Source: a virus
Length of the DNA stretch: 64,000 nucleotides
Strand: one strand, 5' to 3'
IMG/VR virus record: IMGVR_UViG_3300024180_000005
Location: 1-64,000 of that record
The position numbers and the translations under genes were made by a program. Below the pieces are notes generated by a model. It searched no databases and was not told the origin of the DNA. It saw nothing but the letters and a program-made list of their open reading frames with translations. Below are positions 20,601 through 30,275 of this stretch, piece by piece; positions within the stretch are counted from its first letter, which is position 1; each line of letters opens with the position of its first letter.

Positions 20601-21866
20601 ACTATTTCCAGAGTATGTTGTACCAGGTCCATTTATATTACTAATAGTAGGTAGTATATCGATTGTTGTACCCTCTGAAGATGTAGGTGGGTAAGATGAT
20701 AAATTAAATGAATATGATGATGTCATTCCTGAACTAACCAAATCTACCCATCTACTAGATGTTCCTAATAATTTATAAGTAGAATCTGAAAAAGACTTAT
20801 CATTGGTTACATCTAAATTTAAACACAAACCATCACCGACATATTTTGATTCTTTTCTTACTGCCCTTATTCTAGGTGGATTACTACCAAAATATGCATC
20901 TTCTTTTTTAGAAATCTTAAACCATCCATTGTCATTTGTATAACAAAATTCGGAAGAATATTCAGTTGATGACCAATATCCACTATAAGAAATTGTATCT
21001 ATACTCTCTGAATTTAGAATTTTATTTACAACACCTGATTGATTGTAAATAGTGTTCAATTCATAATATGATGGTAGATACCAATCATCATATCCACCTG
21101 CTCTATAATCCGCACAAACTTGTGCGGCACTACCTGTTACTCCGTACTTACTAGACTCTTCCATAATTGATATAGTATTCAACCTACCATTATATAAACT
21201 TTGTGCATTTTCTCCAATTAGAATTGTACTCATAGTTGAGGTAATAAAAGGATCAAAGGAAGTTCCGTCATAAATCCATTGTGAGTAAATAGATCCATTT
21301 TCATCAAAATAACCATCAGTACTTTTTAAATCCTCTAAAGATACTATCAAAACTTTTTCATCATCACCTTCTAACCAAACATCAATTACTATACCACCAC
21401 CATAAAATTCACCTATATAATGACCAAAATTAAATAATGATTTTATTGGTTTCCAATTAACTATACCCGAAGAATCTGATGTAAGAACTCTTTCTATTCC
21501 TTCATTTGCATCTTTGATAAAAAGTGGATTTACTATTGTAACTCCATCGTCTGATAATTCATAACCACTATCCGAAACTCTAAATTGAACTGGTGTACTA
21601 TATACATTTGAACCTAAACCATTATCATATGCATAGGCAACCGCATAGTAAGTATTGTTAGGTATATTTTCAAAAGTTGCAGAGAATGTACCAACTTCAT
21701 TATAAGATATGGATCTAATAGTTCCACTTGTTACGGTAGAAAGATCCGTACTATATATAATACCACTATCAAGTATAATTTCACCAGAATTGACTGAAAC
21801 ACTATAAGAAAAGTCAATTTTATTTTTTAATCTTCCTGTGGCTGATATTACATTTACAATTACCAT
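17643..21866 (-). CDS. Large virion/tail-fibre-like protein with two DUF1566-type (C-lectin fold) and two LamG/ConA-like domains
   Basis: Two YIGExYGGGI...WYLPS..EL...YWSSTE...RAxR modules; two EAW...WxHxV...YING...RxYxxxL LamG modules; Ser/Thr/Gly-rich. Confidence 0.8.
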   Translation of the reverse strand: MVIVNVISATGRLKNKIDFSYSVSVNSGEIILDSGIIYSTDLSTVTSGTIRSISYNEVGTFSATFENIPNNTYYAVAYAYDNGLGSNVYSTPVQFRVSDSGYELSDDGVTIVNPLFIKDANEGIERVLTSDSSGIVNWKPIKSLFNFGHYIGEFYGGGIVIDVWLEGDDEKVLIVSLEDLKSTDGYFDENGSIYSQWIYDGTSFDPFITSTMSTILIGENAQSLYNGRLNTISIMEESSKYGVTGSAAQVCADYRAGGYDDWYLPSYYELNTIYNQSGVVNKILNSESIDTISYSGYWSSTEYSSEFCYTNDNGWFKISKKEDAYFGSNPPRIRAVRKESKYVGDGLCLNLDVTNDKSFSDSTYKLLGTSSRWVDLVSSGMTSSYSFNLSSYPPTSSEGTTIDILPTISNINGPGTTYSGNSYRDALGNFIYDEWYLTNITNSVTTTPIMYNNGGTSSFISKYFLVEYKDSSIQFQTSDVSSILNSSGANINVYISIQKEGYSTPYTLLKEVTGTGLSTSDIKIPLYSYHGKTVSIKITAPNASYTSSSVYTGPSIDEVIVSGTDGGYQATGPVYFTDDSGFLRFSSASFSNIGSYVDFKAPIGNSTKITVEAWLKLGPNGTPYSGSMIFGWNIYDVYTSGGGLGFNTGAADLYGISNTTVQNLNIIDRWAHYVFEMVSGESYSNNKIYINGNEQVLSQVIGTQSLGNTNFNGGFGRIGGWKSVDKYFMNMDVSIFRIYNRSLTKDEIMKNYNIEKKRYEILPSVMQNNLKMNFDSNSSYSGSGNTIIELSGNHTDGNIVTTSGYVSPTYSSSQTPYPGKYFTFNGFNTKIEYDPIILSENMSWEAWIRCTGTVSSPNTNLTGSVNMFMGQVLPYFGFQNDKILFSNYINNKQTYLRSTSGLELNKWYHVVFTTETISNNTLSKVYINGIKSVESYNTGTQSKFGGNDFNFAIGDGQGTDRPLGFQYTYPTQWYPFNGDVAQVRVYYKTLSYEEVKNNYDTFKHSYEDEYNDSNKFFSHEFNGNPTFSISQNLVLDIEGKGNNKILRSDENGLCTWVDKSYFLTKPTNYRYIGELYGGGIIVAMWKYPTNVFNYLVMSLEDISSSSVFSNVSASASNATSEHNGISNSNTIMSQPGHTTSAAKLCDDYTGGGFTNWYLPSITELNSAFNASQVIDSVLGSDLLKPLYWSSTESGTNTAYAYEFKSLSSTGLIKDDVSKSSTASVRAFRHVRVYDIINTWQNGWETGYTPIWQGPNPWSDENWTFNTTISIDIDPIVQNVSEFFPGIISITFSNIINTEETIINTGVCWATSSTTPTISNYFTYSTSIGPTTFEVNTGNISGPISGTLGQTNYVPNIIFFRAFVTTSSGTYYSNNTNYPNGGNYYGSGSILKTYPSNSYTRSISILYE

Positions 21867-21881
21867 TTTATTTATTTTATT

Positions 21882-23375
21882 TTAATCAATAGAGAAAAGA
21901 TATCCAAAATTACCCAGAACATTATATTTGAACTTGGCAACTCTCTTACCAGTTCCTGGACCGGATGAATATATAACATCTATTTTTGTACCATAAGAAT
22001 TTAAAGACATACTTGCACCAGCAGTTGGATTTATCCATTGATATTGATTTGATGGATTTTTTATAGGTGTACCACCTTTATATAAATCAACATTCAAAAT
22101 TACCAAAGGTGTTGAATCAAGTCTTGTTTGATCACCCATTACGAAATTGGGTACCCAAGATCCAACATACCAATGTGCCTTTGCTTCTATTTCTATTTCA
22201 GATTGACCAGGATAATAATATTTAAAGGCATTTAAATTTATTAAAACGGTTTCATATCCAAATCCAGTATTATCATCAGCATGCCATAATATCGAATAAG
22301 TAGAACTTTGTGGATGTGTTGGGAAATCGGGCGTCCAACCACTACCAACATAGTAGGCACCATATCCAGATTCAGATGCAGGCTCATCAGGGTAAACCAT
22401 TGTAGTCCTAGTATCCAAATCAACCTCACCCGAAAATTGATAAGTCATAATTATATAATCTGCATCAAAATTAAATGATATTTGAGAGTCATCTGCAATT
22501 CTAAAAGGTCTAACCTTTGCAAAATTGGATTTAAATATAGCGGCTATATCTAAATTTCGAATAGAACTTGTACCGGCTAAAACACCCCATGAAGTTGATG
22601 CGCTATTCTCCGTAGAAGACCAATAATAATCAGAATCATTTGATGAAACTAATCCCGTGTCTGTGTAACTACCACCAGGACCAGTATCGGTTGTTTCATT
22701 TTTCGTGTATTTAGTTTTACCAAAGGTTAAAAGATTTATATTACTTGGTAATACTGAATCTGTTGTGTATGTATATTCAGGAAATGTAGGTAGTACCGTA
22801 ATATTAACAACATCTAATTTAGGTTCATTTTTATCATATGAGAAACTATCTAAAACTTTATTGAAAATAGAAGCATTGTTTATTAAATAATTAAGTTCAT
22901 ATATAGATGGTAGAAACCAATCATCCCATACTCCTGTTCCTAAGTCCGGATTAGAATAGTCTAAACATAATTGTGCTGCCGATGTTGTGGATTGTGTGCT
23001 TATTAGTAAACTATTACTCGCACCAAATGAATTATAACTAGCAGATGCTGATAAATTCTGTATATCAGACCATTCAAAGCCATAAATAAATGAGGTTACT
23101 CCACTTGAAACAACAGTAGTTGATATATTTTCAGTAGCCGCGATAAGACATCTTTCTAAACCATTTTCAGTCCATACTCCAACTACAACACCACCACCAA
23201 AAAACTCACCAATATAATGATTATTTGGCTTATCGGAAACATAATCAGTTATTGTTTTCCAATTTGAATAACCATTCCCATCTGATATAAGTACTTTATC
23301 AGATGATTGTCCACCATCCTGAATAATTAGATTTTTATTTATAGTAAAGTTTGTTCTATTAATTGAATGTCCCAT
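21882..23375 (-). CDS. Virion protein with DUF1566-type domain
   Basis: HYIGEFFGGG...WFLPSIYEL...YWSSTE...VRPFR; GAATATATA box 4 nt upstream. Confidence 0.75.
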   Translation of the reverse strand: MGHSINRTNFTINKNLIIQDGGQSSDKVLISDGNGYSNWKTITDYVSDKPNNHYIGEFFGGGVVVGVWTENGLERCLIAATENISTTVVSSGVTSFIYGFEWSDIQNLSASASYNSFGASNSLLISTQSTTSAAQLCLDYSNPDLGTGVWDDWFLPSIYELNYLINNASIFNKVLDSFSYDKNEPKLDVVNITVLPTFPEYTYTTDSVLPSNINLLTFGKTKYTKNETTDTGPGGSYTDTGLVSSNDSDYYWSSTENSASTSWGVLAGTSSIRNLDIAAIFKSNFAKVRPFRIADDSQISFNFDADYIIMTYQFSGEVDLDTRTTMVYPDEPASESGYGAYYVGSGWTPDFPTHPQSSTYSILWHADDNTGFGYETVLINLNAFKYYYPGQSEIEIEAKAHWYVGSWVPNFVMGDQTRLDSTPLVILNVDLYKGGTPIKNPSNQYQWINPTAGASMSLNSYGTKIDVIYSSGPGTGKRVAKFKYNVLGNFGYLFSID

Positions 23376-23397
23376 TATCTATATATTCAAAAACCAA

Positions 23398-23520
23398 ATC
23401 AAAAAATAAATATTTTATATTCCCATTTTTTTGAACCACAGTCAAAAACTCTATTAATATAACCATCTTTAACCAACTTGTCTTTTCTATAATTAAATCT
23501 ATGTACTCTAAAACCAATTT
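23398..23520 (-). pseudogene. Remnant C-terminus of a third KYG-repeat/Hef-like endonuclease
   Basis: Reads IGFRVHRFNYRKDKLVKDGYINRVFDCGSKKWEY..., matching the KLxKxG...I(F/Y)xCG ends of 26499 and 34587. Confidence 0.55.
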
Positions 23521-23595
23521 AGATAAAATAGAGCTGGAGACTATGTTTATTTTATGTATTGTAGATTTAATATATATAAGAAACTAATATTTAAT

Positions 23596-24378
23596 ATGAG
23601 TGATGAATACATACCATATCAAGGAGGTCTTACAATTGAAGAGTTTATTGATAGTGTCAATACTGAACTAACAATAGGTTGTTCTTTACCAAAGACATTA
23701 CCAGATGCTATGATTAGGCAAATTGTCGAAAAAAGAGCAATGCCTTGGTTTTATAGAACTTATCAATATGCAGTTCAAAAAATGTATTTCTTGGTTAAGA
23801 AAGATGCATTCACTAGTGAAGAGTTTACAAAATATAATTATGTTAGTGTTCCTTGTGAAATACAATCAGTTACATATTTATATGAAGTAAGAGGAACTAG
23901 TCTTTTCCAATTAGGTATAAATAGTCCTAACTTATCTGTAAACTTAGGGGTTACAAATCAACCATATTTATCGTCATATGTAACAACAATTGGTGAGTTA
24001 GGTACTTATAAAACATTATTAGATAATATGTCTGATATGATGAACCAATTAAATAAATATACTCTTAAATATCAATTTAACCAGTTAAATCATAGATTAC
24101 ATATTTTAACAAATGTTGAATATGATGTGATTATGGAAGCATATGCTAATATACCACCGGAAAACCTTTACAACGATGATTTGTTTTTCAAATATTGTGT
24201 AGGATATGCAAAACAAGCATTAGGGAATATGGTGGGAAGATATGATTTTTCTCTTCCCGGTGGTGTTAAGATACAAGCAGCAGACTTGGTTTCTCAAGGG
24301 AAAGAAGAGGTTAAAGAAGTTGAAGAGGAAGTGAAAGGTCAAAGTAATTCAAGTTTCTTTTTCATGGTTAAGAAATAA
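23596..24378 (+). CDS. T4 gp13-like neck (head-tail adaptor) protein (start likely ATG 23596)
   Basis: YQFNQLNHRLHI...AKQALG...LPGGVKI...GKEEVKEVEE pattern typical of gp13; TAATATATA at 23568-23576. Confidence 0.75.
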   Translation: MSDEYIPYQGGLTIEEFIDSVNTELTIGCSLPKTLPDAMIRQIVEKRAMPWFYRTYQYAVQKMYFLVKKDAFTSEEFTKYNYVSVPCEIQSVTYLYEVRGTSLFQLGINSPNLSVNLGVTNQPYLSSYVTTIGELGTYKTLLDNMSDMMNQLNKYTLKYQFNQLNHRLHILTNVEYDVIMEAYANIPPENLYNDDLFFKYCVGYAKQALGNMVGRYDFSLPGGVKIQAADLVSQGKEEVKEVEEEVKGQSNSSFFFMVKK

Positions 24379-24443
24379 CCAATTGATTATCAATAAGTTA
24401 TTTTCAATATTAGGAAATAGTTATGAAATTTAATATATAAAAA

Positions 24444-25223
24444 ATGATACTTAGATACGAACAACTTAATGAAAATAAGATGTGGTACAAAACAATACCA
24501 CAGATATTAGAATGGATAGATTCAAAATCTGACCTTTATTGGATTTGGATAGACACAGAAACAACTGGCATAGGAGGTCCGAAAAAAGAACAACTTACAC
24601 AAGTTTCCGCAATAGTTACTAACTACAACTTCAATAATAATTCATTCAATGAGGTTGATACTTTTGATAGAAAGATCAAACTAACATCGGATATAAAATC
24701 TAGATATGATATACCTGGTGATAATAGTAGAAGAATTTTAAGTTTTAATCACTATGGATCTGGCGGTTACAAATATGAAGAAGAAAGTGAAGTCGTTTAT
24801 GATTTCTTCAAATGGATAGAAGATTATTCACCTTGTTTAGGTATTGCACAAAATGCGAGTTTTGATATGAATATGTTAGCAGGTAGATCCGATAATAAAA
24901 TAAAATTTGAAGTATTCGATACTAAGATGTTGATTCAATTATATTATTTACCACTTTTACAAAAACTGGGAGAAACTGACTCTAAATATTCAGAAATTGT
25001 AAGTTCTATAGGAACTTCAACAAGAGATAATGGATTGATTTCTTCTTCTATGGCGAAGATTGGTCCGGCACTTGGTCTAAGTATGGATAACTATCATGAT
25101 GCGATTACAGATTGTAGAATCACTATTGAGATGTATAGAAAGATTGTTGATTTTTTAAAAGAGAATAAACATATCGATATAAGCAAATATCAAAACGATA
25201 GAATCAGAACAATAAGAAAATGA
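24444..25223 (+). CDS. DEDDh (DnaQ-like) 3'-5' exonuclease with CTS-like N-terminus
   Basis: DTETTG, AQNASFD, DT, HDAITD; late box 24431-24439. Confidence 0.88.
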   Translation: MILRYEQLNENKMWYKTIPQILEWIDSKSDLYWIWIDTETTGIGGPKKEQLTQVSAIVTNYNFNNNSFNEVDTFDRKIKLTSDIKSRYDIPGDNSRRILSFNHYGSGGYKYEEESEVVYDFFKWIEDYSPCLGIAQNASFDMNMLAGRSDNKIKFEVFDTKMLIQLYYLPLLQKLGETDSKYSEIVSSIGTSTRDNGLISSSMAKIGPALGLSMDNYHDAITDCRITIEMYRKIVDFLKENKHIDISKYQNDRIRTIRK

Positions 25224-25290
25224 AATACCTAAGATATAATGATGCTAGAGAAACTTTGATAGACAAGAAGTACAAAACTTAATATCATAA

Positions 25291-25323
25291 ATAAAGCCGG
25301 TCGAGTGACCGGCTTTATTTTTT
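25291..25323. terminator. Intrinsic terminator
   Basis: ATAAAGCCGGTC-gagt-GACCGGCTTTAT-TTTT. Confidence 0.8.
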
Positions 25324-25388
25324 CGTTTATACTAATCAGAAACCATCTTCAAGAGTCAGTAAATATCTCTTTTCTTTACGTTCATAGT

Positions 25389-25703
25389 TTAGTAAAAAAT
25401 ATATTTTTCATCTTCTTTGATACAATAGATTGAGATTGGGTAGATTCTCAACTCATCATTACTTTCATCCACTATAAACCTCATAGAACCATCTATGATA
25501 TCTGTGTTTACAATTTTAATTGTTGCGTGATGTAATCCTTTCAGAACTGAATAGGTGATGTCGTCTAATTCTTCAGTAAGAACCATATAGTTATCCTTTC
25601 CTTGTATCTTACCGGATAATCCATCGATAAAGTAAGCCTTTTCTATAATCTCTCTAAGTGAATCTGTTGCAGAACACTCTACTTTAATTTCATGTTTTAC
25701 CAT
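25389..25703 (-). CDS. Hypothetical protein
   Basis: 104-aa ORF. Confidence 0.7.
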   Translation of the reverse strand: MVKHEIKVECSATDSLREIIEKAYFIDGLSGKIQGKDNYMVLTEELDDITYSVLKGLHHATIKIVNTDIIDGSMRFIVDESNDELRIYPISIYCIKEDEKYIFY

Positions 25704-25767
25704 TTCTTTTTATTTAGTTATTAAAAAATTTTATTTGAAATATTTATATTGATAAAATATATAAAGT

Positions 25768-25977
25768 TTAATTATGATAAACAATATTTATAGACGTTAT
25801 ATCTTCAATAGTAAAATTTACTATCTCTTTGAATAGTTCAAAACCTGTAAGACTCTCATAGTCATTTTGATTTTTGTTTATCTTTTTTATGATTGGGATA
25901 AGAGAATTTATCTGTTTGTGTGTAACCTCAATCTTTTCGCGACTATCTTCTGTATCTATTACTAAAAAACCTCTCAT
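25768..25977 (-). CDS. Hypothetical protein
   Basis: 69-aa ORF. Confidence 0.6.
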   Translation of the reverse strand: MRGFLVIDTEDSREKIEVTHKQINSLIPIIKKINKNQNDYESLTGFELFKEIVNFTIEDITSINIVYHN

Positions 25978-26013
25978 ATAAGTTCTTATTTTTTCTTATA
26001 TATAAGTTTTTTC

Positions 26014-26377
26014 TTACACCAATATATTTTTTATTTCTTCAGAACCATCAGGATTCGCTGAATGTATTACGTATTCTGGAAATTTAGTTTTTCTTTCATT
26101 ACAATAACTTAACAGAAACTTAACACAATCTAATCCAGTATAAACTCTTCCTTCATCGATATCAAACCATTCTTCAATAGGCAAACTTTCTTTAAGTTCT
26201 GCGACATCTGCCAAGTCATAATCGAATGCAACTAAATCAGGAACACCATTTTCTTCTATCCATTTTATGAACTGACCATAAGAACGTACAATGGAATATA
26301 CGAAAATCCGTTATTTGCCACATATATGTAGCACAATCTCTGGGAATTCGCCAATCGTCTAAAAATAACCTTTTCAT
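26014..26377 (-). pseudogene. Frameshifted cyclic-phosphate-processing receiver-like (cREC) protein, paralog of 58397-58816
   Basis: MKRLFLDDWRIP... changes frame near 26290 into IVRSYGQFIKWIEENGVPDLVAFDYDL...TGLDCVKFL...IHSANP; TATGTTTG box 26382-26389. Confidence 0.75.
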
Positions 26378-26409
26378 ATTACAAACATACGGACAAATTT
26401 TAATATATA

Positions 26410-26500
26410 TAGTATAATCCGACTTAGGACCGGATATAGATTACGCCCCACGGGTACTATATGAAAACCACTGAATTCGCTCCTCGGTGGTTTTCTTTTT
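26410..26500 (+). ncRNA. Candidate ~90-nt structured non-coding RNA
   Basis: TAATATATA at 26401-26409, GC-rich hairpins, 12-bp terminal stem plus T-run, no plausible ORF. Confidence 0.55.
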
Positions 26501-28235
26501 AGAGAATAATTTCAAATTTAATCTGACCACAATCAAATATTTTATAGGCACCAAAATTATCCTCCATTATCTTTGATTCTGAAAGGTTTTTATCATATCC
26601 CATTTTTATCAATTTTGATTTTTTCCATTTTTGTTTATTTGATCTTTTTTTATCAATTAAGTATGAGTAGTTTGGATAACTAGTACTTTTAACATAAAAT
26701 CCCAATTTATAATATAAATCACCTATTGACCAAGAAACATCAGAGAAGGATATAATCCTTTTTACATCATAATTTTTAATGAAATATTTCATTAGTCTGG
26801 ATGCACCACCTATAACATTAATATTTTTTTTATTACAAAACCTTGATAAGTTCCACTCATCACTCAACATGCTTTTCCTACCCTCGAAATGATCAAATGT
26901 CATTAAACTAACCAACTCATCATCGTAATATAAACCAATTTTCTTAGAGGCTGATGTATAACCTTGTATATGATTCTCATCTAGAAATTCTCTATACTCA
27001 CTTATATCTATAACCTCTTTTATAATACATTTTCTGGCATATATTTTATTTTTAGTTAGACCTAACCAATTTGTGATTTGTGATTTTATAATATCCTTTT
27101 TAAGATTCCAATCATCTTCCCAAATATGAATTATTCTAATTTCTCTTTCTTTAAAGTATTTGGTTTTATCAAGGTGGTAGTTTTTATCTTTAAATAATTC
27201 AGAGTGCCAATAAAGACCATTAAATTCAAATCCTATTTTCAAATCAGGTAAATAAATATCTATTTCCAAACCATCCCTATAACTCTGAATTATTTCACCA
27301 TCATATATACCTTTTATATAATCTAAAATTTCAATTTCTTTAAATGATGATGTTTTATTGACCGGATAACAAATTGTACATTGTTTATTATCTAGTTTAA
27401 GTCTTGAGTGATATAAATGTGAATTTGTTTCATAATAATGATCATTTTCTACACACTTAATTAGGTGTTTACCCTTACCTAAGTATTTAAAATAGTTTTT
27501 ATCACTATTTAAATTTGTTTTTATACTAGATGATCTATATTTTTCAAAAATGAGTTCTCTATATTTTTCAGATTTAGTGAAATTATCAACACCATATTTT
27601 TCTAAATTGGTTTTCTTTATTCTTTTGATAAAATCTTCGGTTTTAGTATAACTATCAAAACCGTATTTTTTATTTGAAGTTTCTTTTATTTTATTTTTAA
27701 TAATTTCTGATTTGAATGGATTATCGACTCCGTAATTTTCAAATGTTGTTTTCACCTTTTTCTTTTTAACACTTTCAATCTTTGATATATTATCAACACC
27801 ATATTTTTCAATACATGTTTCTTTGTATTTTAAATTTATTGATTCATAATCTAAATTTTCTTTTGATTTTGATATCTTATCTTTAACAGTATCTAGAATT
27901 GACGTATTTTCAACACCATATTTTTCTAAATTATTTTTCTTATAATTATATAATTTTTTATCTTTTAAAATAGGATCATTATTTGAACAAGATTTTGAAC
28001 AATATTCTCTATAACCTCTTTTATATGATAAAAATTTAACATCACCATCACAGACTTTACAAGTAGGTTTATTATTTTTAATTAAATATACTTTCTCTGA
28101 AATTGAATCACCTGGACATTTATCTAAAAAAGAATATAAATTATTTAAGTTTTTAGATACCCATTGCTCTTTAACCGAATTTAATTCTATTTTAGATAAA
28201 TATATTTCATATTCTTTTTTAACTATTTCATTCAT
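26499..28235 (-). CDS. Homing-endonuclease-like (Hef-type) protein: Zn ribbon, KYG repeats, PD-(D/E)XK/Vsr-like domain, C-terminal GNAT-like domain
   Basis: CKVC/YCSKSC, five xYG repeats, EIDIYLPDLKIGFEFNGLYWHS, NHIQG...LSRFC...GGASRL; start likely 28235 (TTATATATA 4 nt upstream). Confidence 0.8.
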   Translation of the reverse strand: MNEIVKKEYEIYLSKIELNSVKEQWVSKNLNNLYSFLDKCPGDSISEKVYLIKNNKPTCKVCDGDVKFLSYKRGYREYCSKSCSNNDPILKDKKLYNYKKNNLEKYGVENTSILDTVKDKISKSKENLDYESINLKYKETCIEKYGVDNISKIESVKKKKVKTTFENYGVDNPFKSEIIKNKIKETSNKKYGFDSYTKTEDFIKRIKKTNLEKYGVDNFTKSEKYRELIFEKYRSSSIKTNLNSDKNYFKYLGKGKHLIKCVENDHYYETNSHLYHSRLKLDNKQCTICYPVNKTSSFKEIEILDYIKGIYDGEIIQSYRDGLEIDIYLPDLKIGFEFNGLYWHSELFKDKNYHLDKTKYFKEREIRIIHIWEDDWNLKKDIIKSQITNWLGLTKNKIYARKCIIKEVIDISEYREFLDENHIQGYTSASKKIGLYYDDELVSLMTFDHFEGRKSMLSDEWNLSRFCNKKNINVIGGASRLMKYFIKNYDVKRIISFSDVSWSIGDLYYKLGFYVKSTSYPNYSYLIDKKRSNKQKWKKSKLIKMGYDKNLSESKIMEDNFGAYKIFDCGQIKFEIIL

Positions 28236-28356
28236 ATTGTATATATAAGCCATAACATCTCTCCTATAAAAGAAAGCCAGTATTGTTTAATATAATTTAA
28301 CATTAAAATAATAAACAAATAAGTTAAAAAAATATATATAACTTAAATAAAAATTT

Positions 28357-29322
28357 ATGGAAAATACAGAGAACATATTAAAAGAAAACCCGGGAAGATT
28401 CGTTCTATTCCCTATTGAACACAATGACATCTGGGAAATGTATAAAACTGCGGAACATTCATTTTGGACTGCAGAAGAGATTGATTTAGCACAGGACTTA
28501 ACAGACTGGGATAATAAACTTAATGATGATGAAAGACACTACATTAAAAATGTATTGGCATTTTTTGCAGCATCGGATGGAATCGTAAATGAGAATTTGG
28601 CAGAAAATTTTGTTAAAGAGGTTCAATATGCAGAAGCGAAAAGTTTTTATGGTTTCCAAATTGCAATGGAGAATGTTCATTCTGAGACTTACTCTCTTTT
28701 AATTGATACCTATATTAAAGATGAAAAAGAAAAGGATCATTTATTCAATGCAATCGATACTGTTCCTTCTGTTAAGAAGAAAGCTGATTGGGCACTTAAA
28801 TGGATTGAATCAGAATCATTTGCAGAGCGTTTAATCGCTTTCGCAGCGGTAGAAGGTATCTTCTTCTCAGGATCATTCTGTTCTATCTTCTGGTTGAAGA
28901 AAAGAGGTTTGATGCCAGGATTAGCTTTCTCAAATGAGTTGATTTCAAGAGATGAAGGTTTACATTGTGAGTTTGCTTGTTTATTACATAACAAACACAT
29001 AGTAAATAAAGTTTCTCAAGAAAGAATTACTCAGATCATTACGGAAGCGGTTGAGATTGAAAAAGAGTTCGTAACAGATTCTTTACCGGTATCACTTATT
29101 GGTATGAATGCAAAGTTGATGCAACAATACATTGAGTTCGTTGCCGACTATTGGTTAAGTGAGTTAGGTTGTCAAAAGGTTTATAACACCGAAAATCCAT
29201 TCGATTTTATGGATATGCTTTCTTTACAAAATAAGAGCAATTTTTTTGAAAAAAGAGTTTCTGAATACCAAAAAACATCAGATAAGAATATCGACTTTGA
29301 TAATATGGATGATGACTTTTAA
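28357..29322 (+). CDS. nrdB: Ribonucleotide reductase class Ia beta subunit
   Basis: [55 protein letters not shown]. Confidence 0.97.
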   Translation: MENTENILKENPGRFVLFPIEHNDIWEMYKTAEHSFWTAEEIDLAQDLTDWDNKLNDDERHYIKNVLAFFAASDGIVNENLAENFVKEVQYAEAKSFYGFQIAMENVHSETYSLLIDTYIKDEKEKDHLFNAIDTVPSVKKKADWALKWIESESFAERLIAFAAVEGIFFSGSFCSIFWLKKRGLMPGLAFSNELISRDEGLHCEFACLLHNKHIVNKVSQERITQIITEAVEIEKEFVTDSLPVSLIGMNAKLMQQYIEFVADYWLSELGCQKVYNTENPFDFMDMLSLQNKSNFFEKRVSEYQKTSDKNIDFDNMDDDF

Positions 29323-29391
29323 AAACTTACCGTTTAAGTCAATTAAAACCTACTTTTAGTAGGTTTTTTTATATAAAAAAAAATATAAAAT

Positions 29392-30237
29392 ATGAATGTT
29401 CTTTCATTATTCGATGGTATGTCTTGTGGACATATTGCATTAGACAAACTTGGAATCGAAGTTGATCAATACTTTGCATCTGAAATAGAAGATGCATCTA
29501 TTAAAGTAACTATGAAAAATTATCCAAATACTATACAACTTGGTGATGTTACTAAAGTAGAGGGTAAAGATTTACCAAAAATTGATTTATTGATTGGTGG
29601 AAGTCCTTGTCAATCATTTTCAAATGCAGGAAATGGTTCAGGATTTGATGGTAAGAGTGGATTATTTTATGAATGGGTAAGACTTTTAAAAGAAACTAAT
29701 CCTAAATACTTTATGTTGGAAAATGTAAAGATGAAAAAAGAATGGCAAGATGTTATTACTGATATTTTAGGTGTAAAACCAATTCTTATCAATAGTAATA
29801 TTTTTTCCGCTCAGAATCGTCAGAGACTTTATTGGACTAATATTCCAATGGATCCTTTACCCGATGATAAAGAGATTTATATCGAAGACATATTAGAGAC
29901 CAACTTTGATTCAAAGTATTGGTTACCTGAAAAGAATGCAGGATTGTTGAGTAAAAAAGTCGATATAACTGGTGCTCCCAATATTTGTTGTATAGATGTC
30001 TATAACAAGAGATATAAAAAAGATAGAAAAAGCCCTACTCTCACACACCCTTGTCATAACTCTCTAAGACTTTTACAAGATGGTAAATTCAGAAAGCTTA
30101 CACCGATTGAATGTGAAAGACTTCAGAATGTACCGGATGGTTATACAGAAGGTGTTGCAGATACACATCGATATGCAATGCTTGGAAACGGCTGGACCGT
30201 GGATGTCATAGCACATATATTTAAAAACCTCGACTAA
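29392..30237 (+). CDS. DNA (cytosine-5) methyltransferase
   Basis: LSLFDG, GGSPCQ, ENV, QNRQRLYW, ECERLQ, LGNGW. Confidence 0.95.
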   Translation: MNVLSLFDGMSCGHIALDKLGIEVDQYFASEIEDASIKVTMKNYPNTIQLGDVTKVEGKDLPKIDLLIGGSPCQSFSNAGNGSGFDGKSGLFYEWVRLLKETNPKYFMLENVKMKKEWQDVITDILGVKPILINSNIFSAQNRQRLYWTNIPMDPLPDDKEIYIEDILETNFDSKYWLPEKNAGLLSKKVDITGAPNICCIDVYNKRYKKDRKSPTLTHPCHNSLRLLQDGKFRKLTPIECERLQNVPDGYTEGVADTHRYAMLGNGWTVDVIAHIFKNLD

Positions 30238-30250
30238 ACGAGGTTTTTTT
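30223..30250 (+). terminator. Intrinsic terminator
   Basis: AAAAACCTCG-actaaa-CGAGGTTTTTTT. Confidence 0.75.
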
Positions 30251-30275
30251 GTTTTTGAAAAATAATATATAACTT

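Noticed and set aside
26410-26500. Known self-cleaving ribozyme (hammerhead, pistol) or tRNA
   Set aside because: No CUGAUGA core, no full complement to the loop-1 sequence as needed for a pistol pseudoknot, and no cloverleaf; kept only as an unknown ncRNA candidate.
28357-29322. Intron or intein in nrdB next to the endonuclease gene
   Set aside because: nrdB is continuous and of normal length; the endonuclease gene is free-standing and divergent.
29392-30237. Complete restriction-modification system
   Set aside because: No adjacent cognate endonuclease; followed by a terminator and the tagged array, so more likely an orphan protective methyltransferase.
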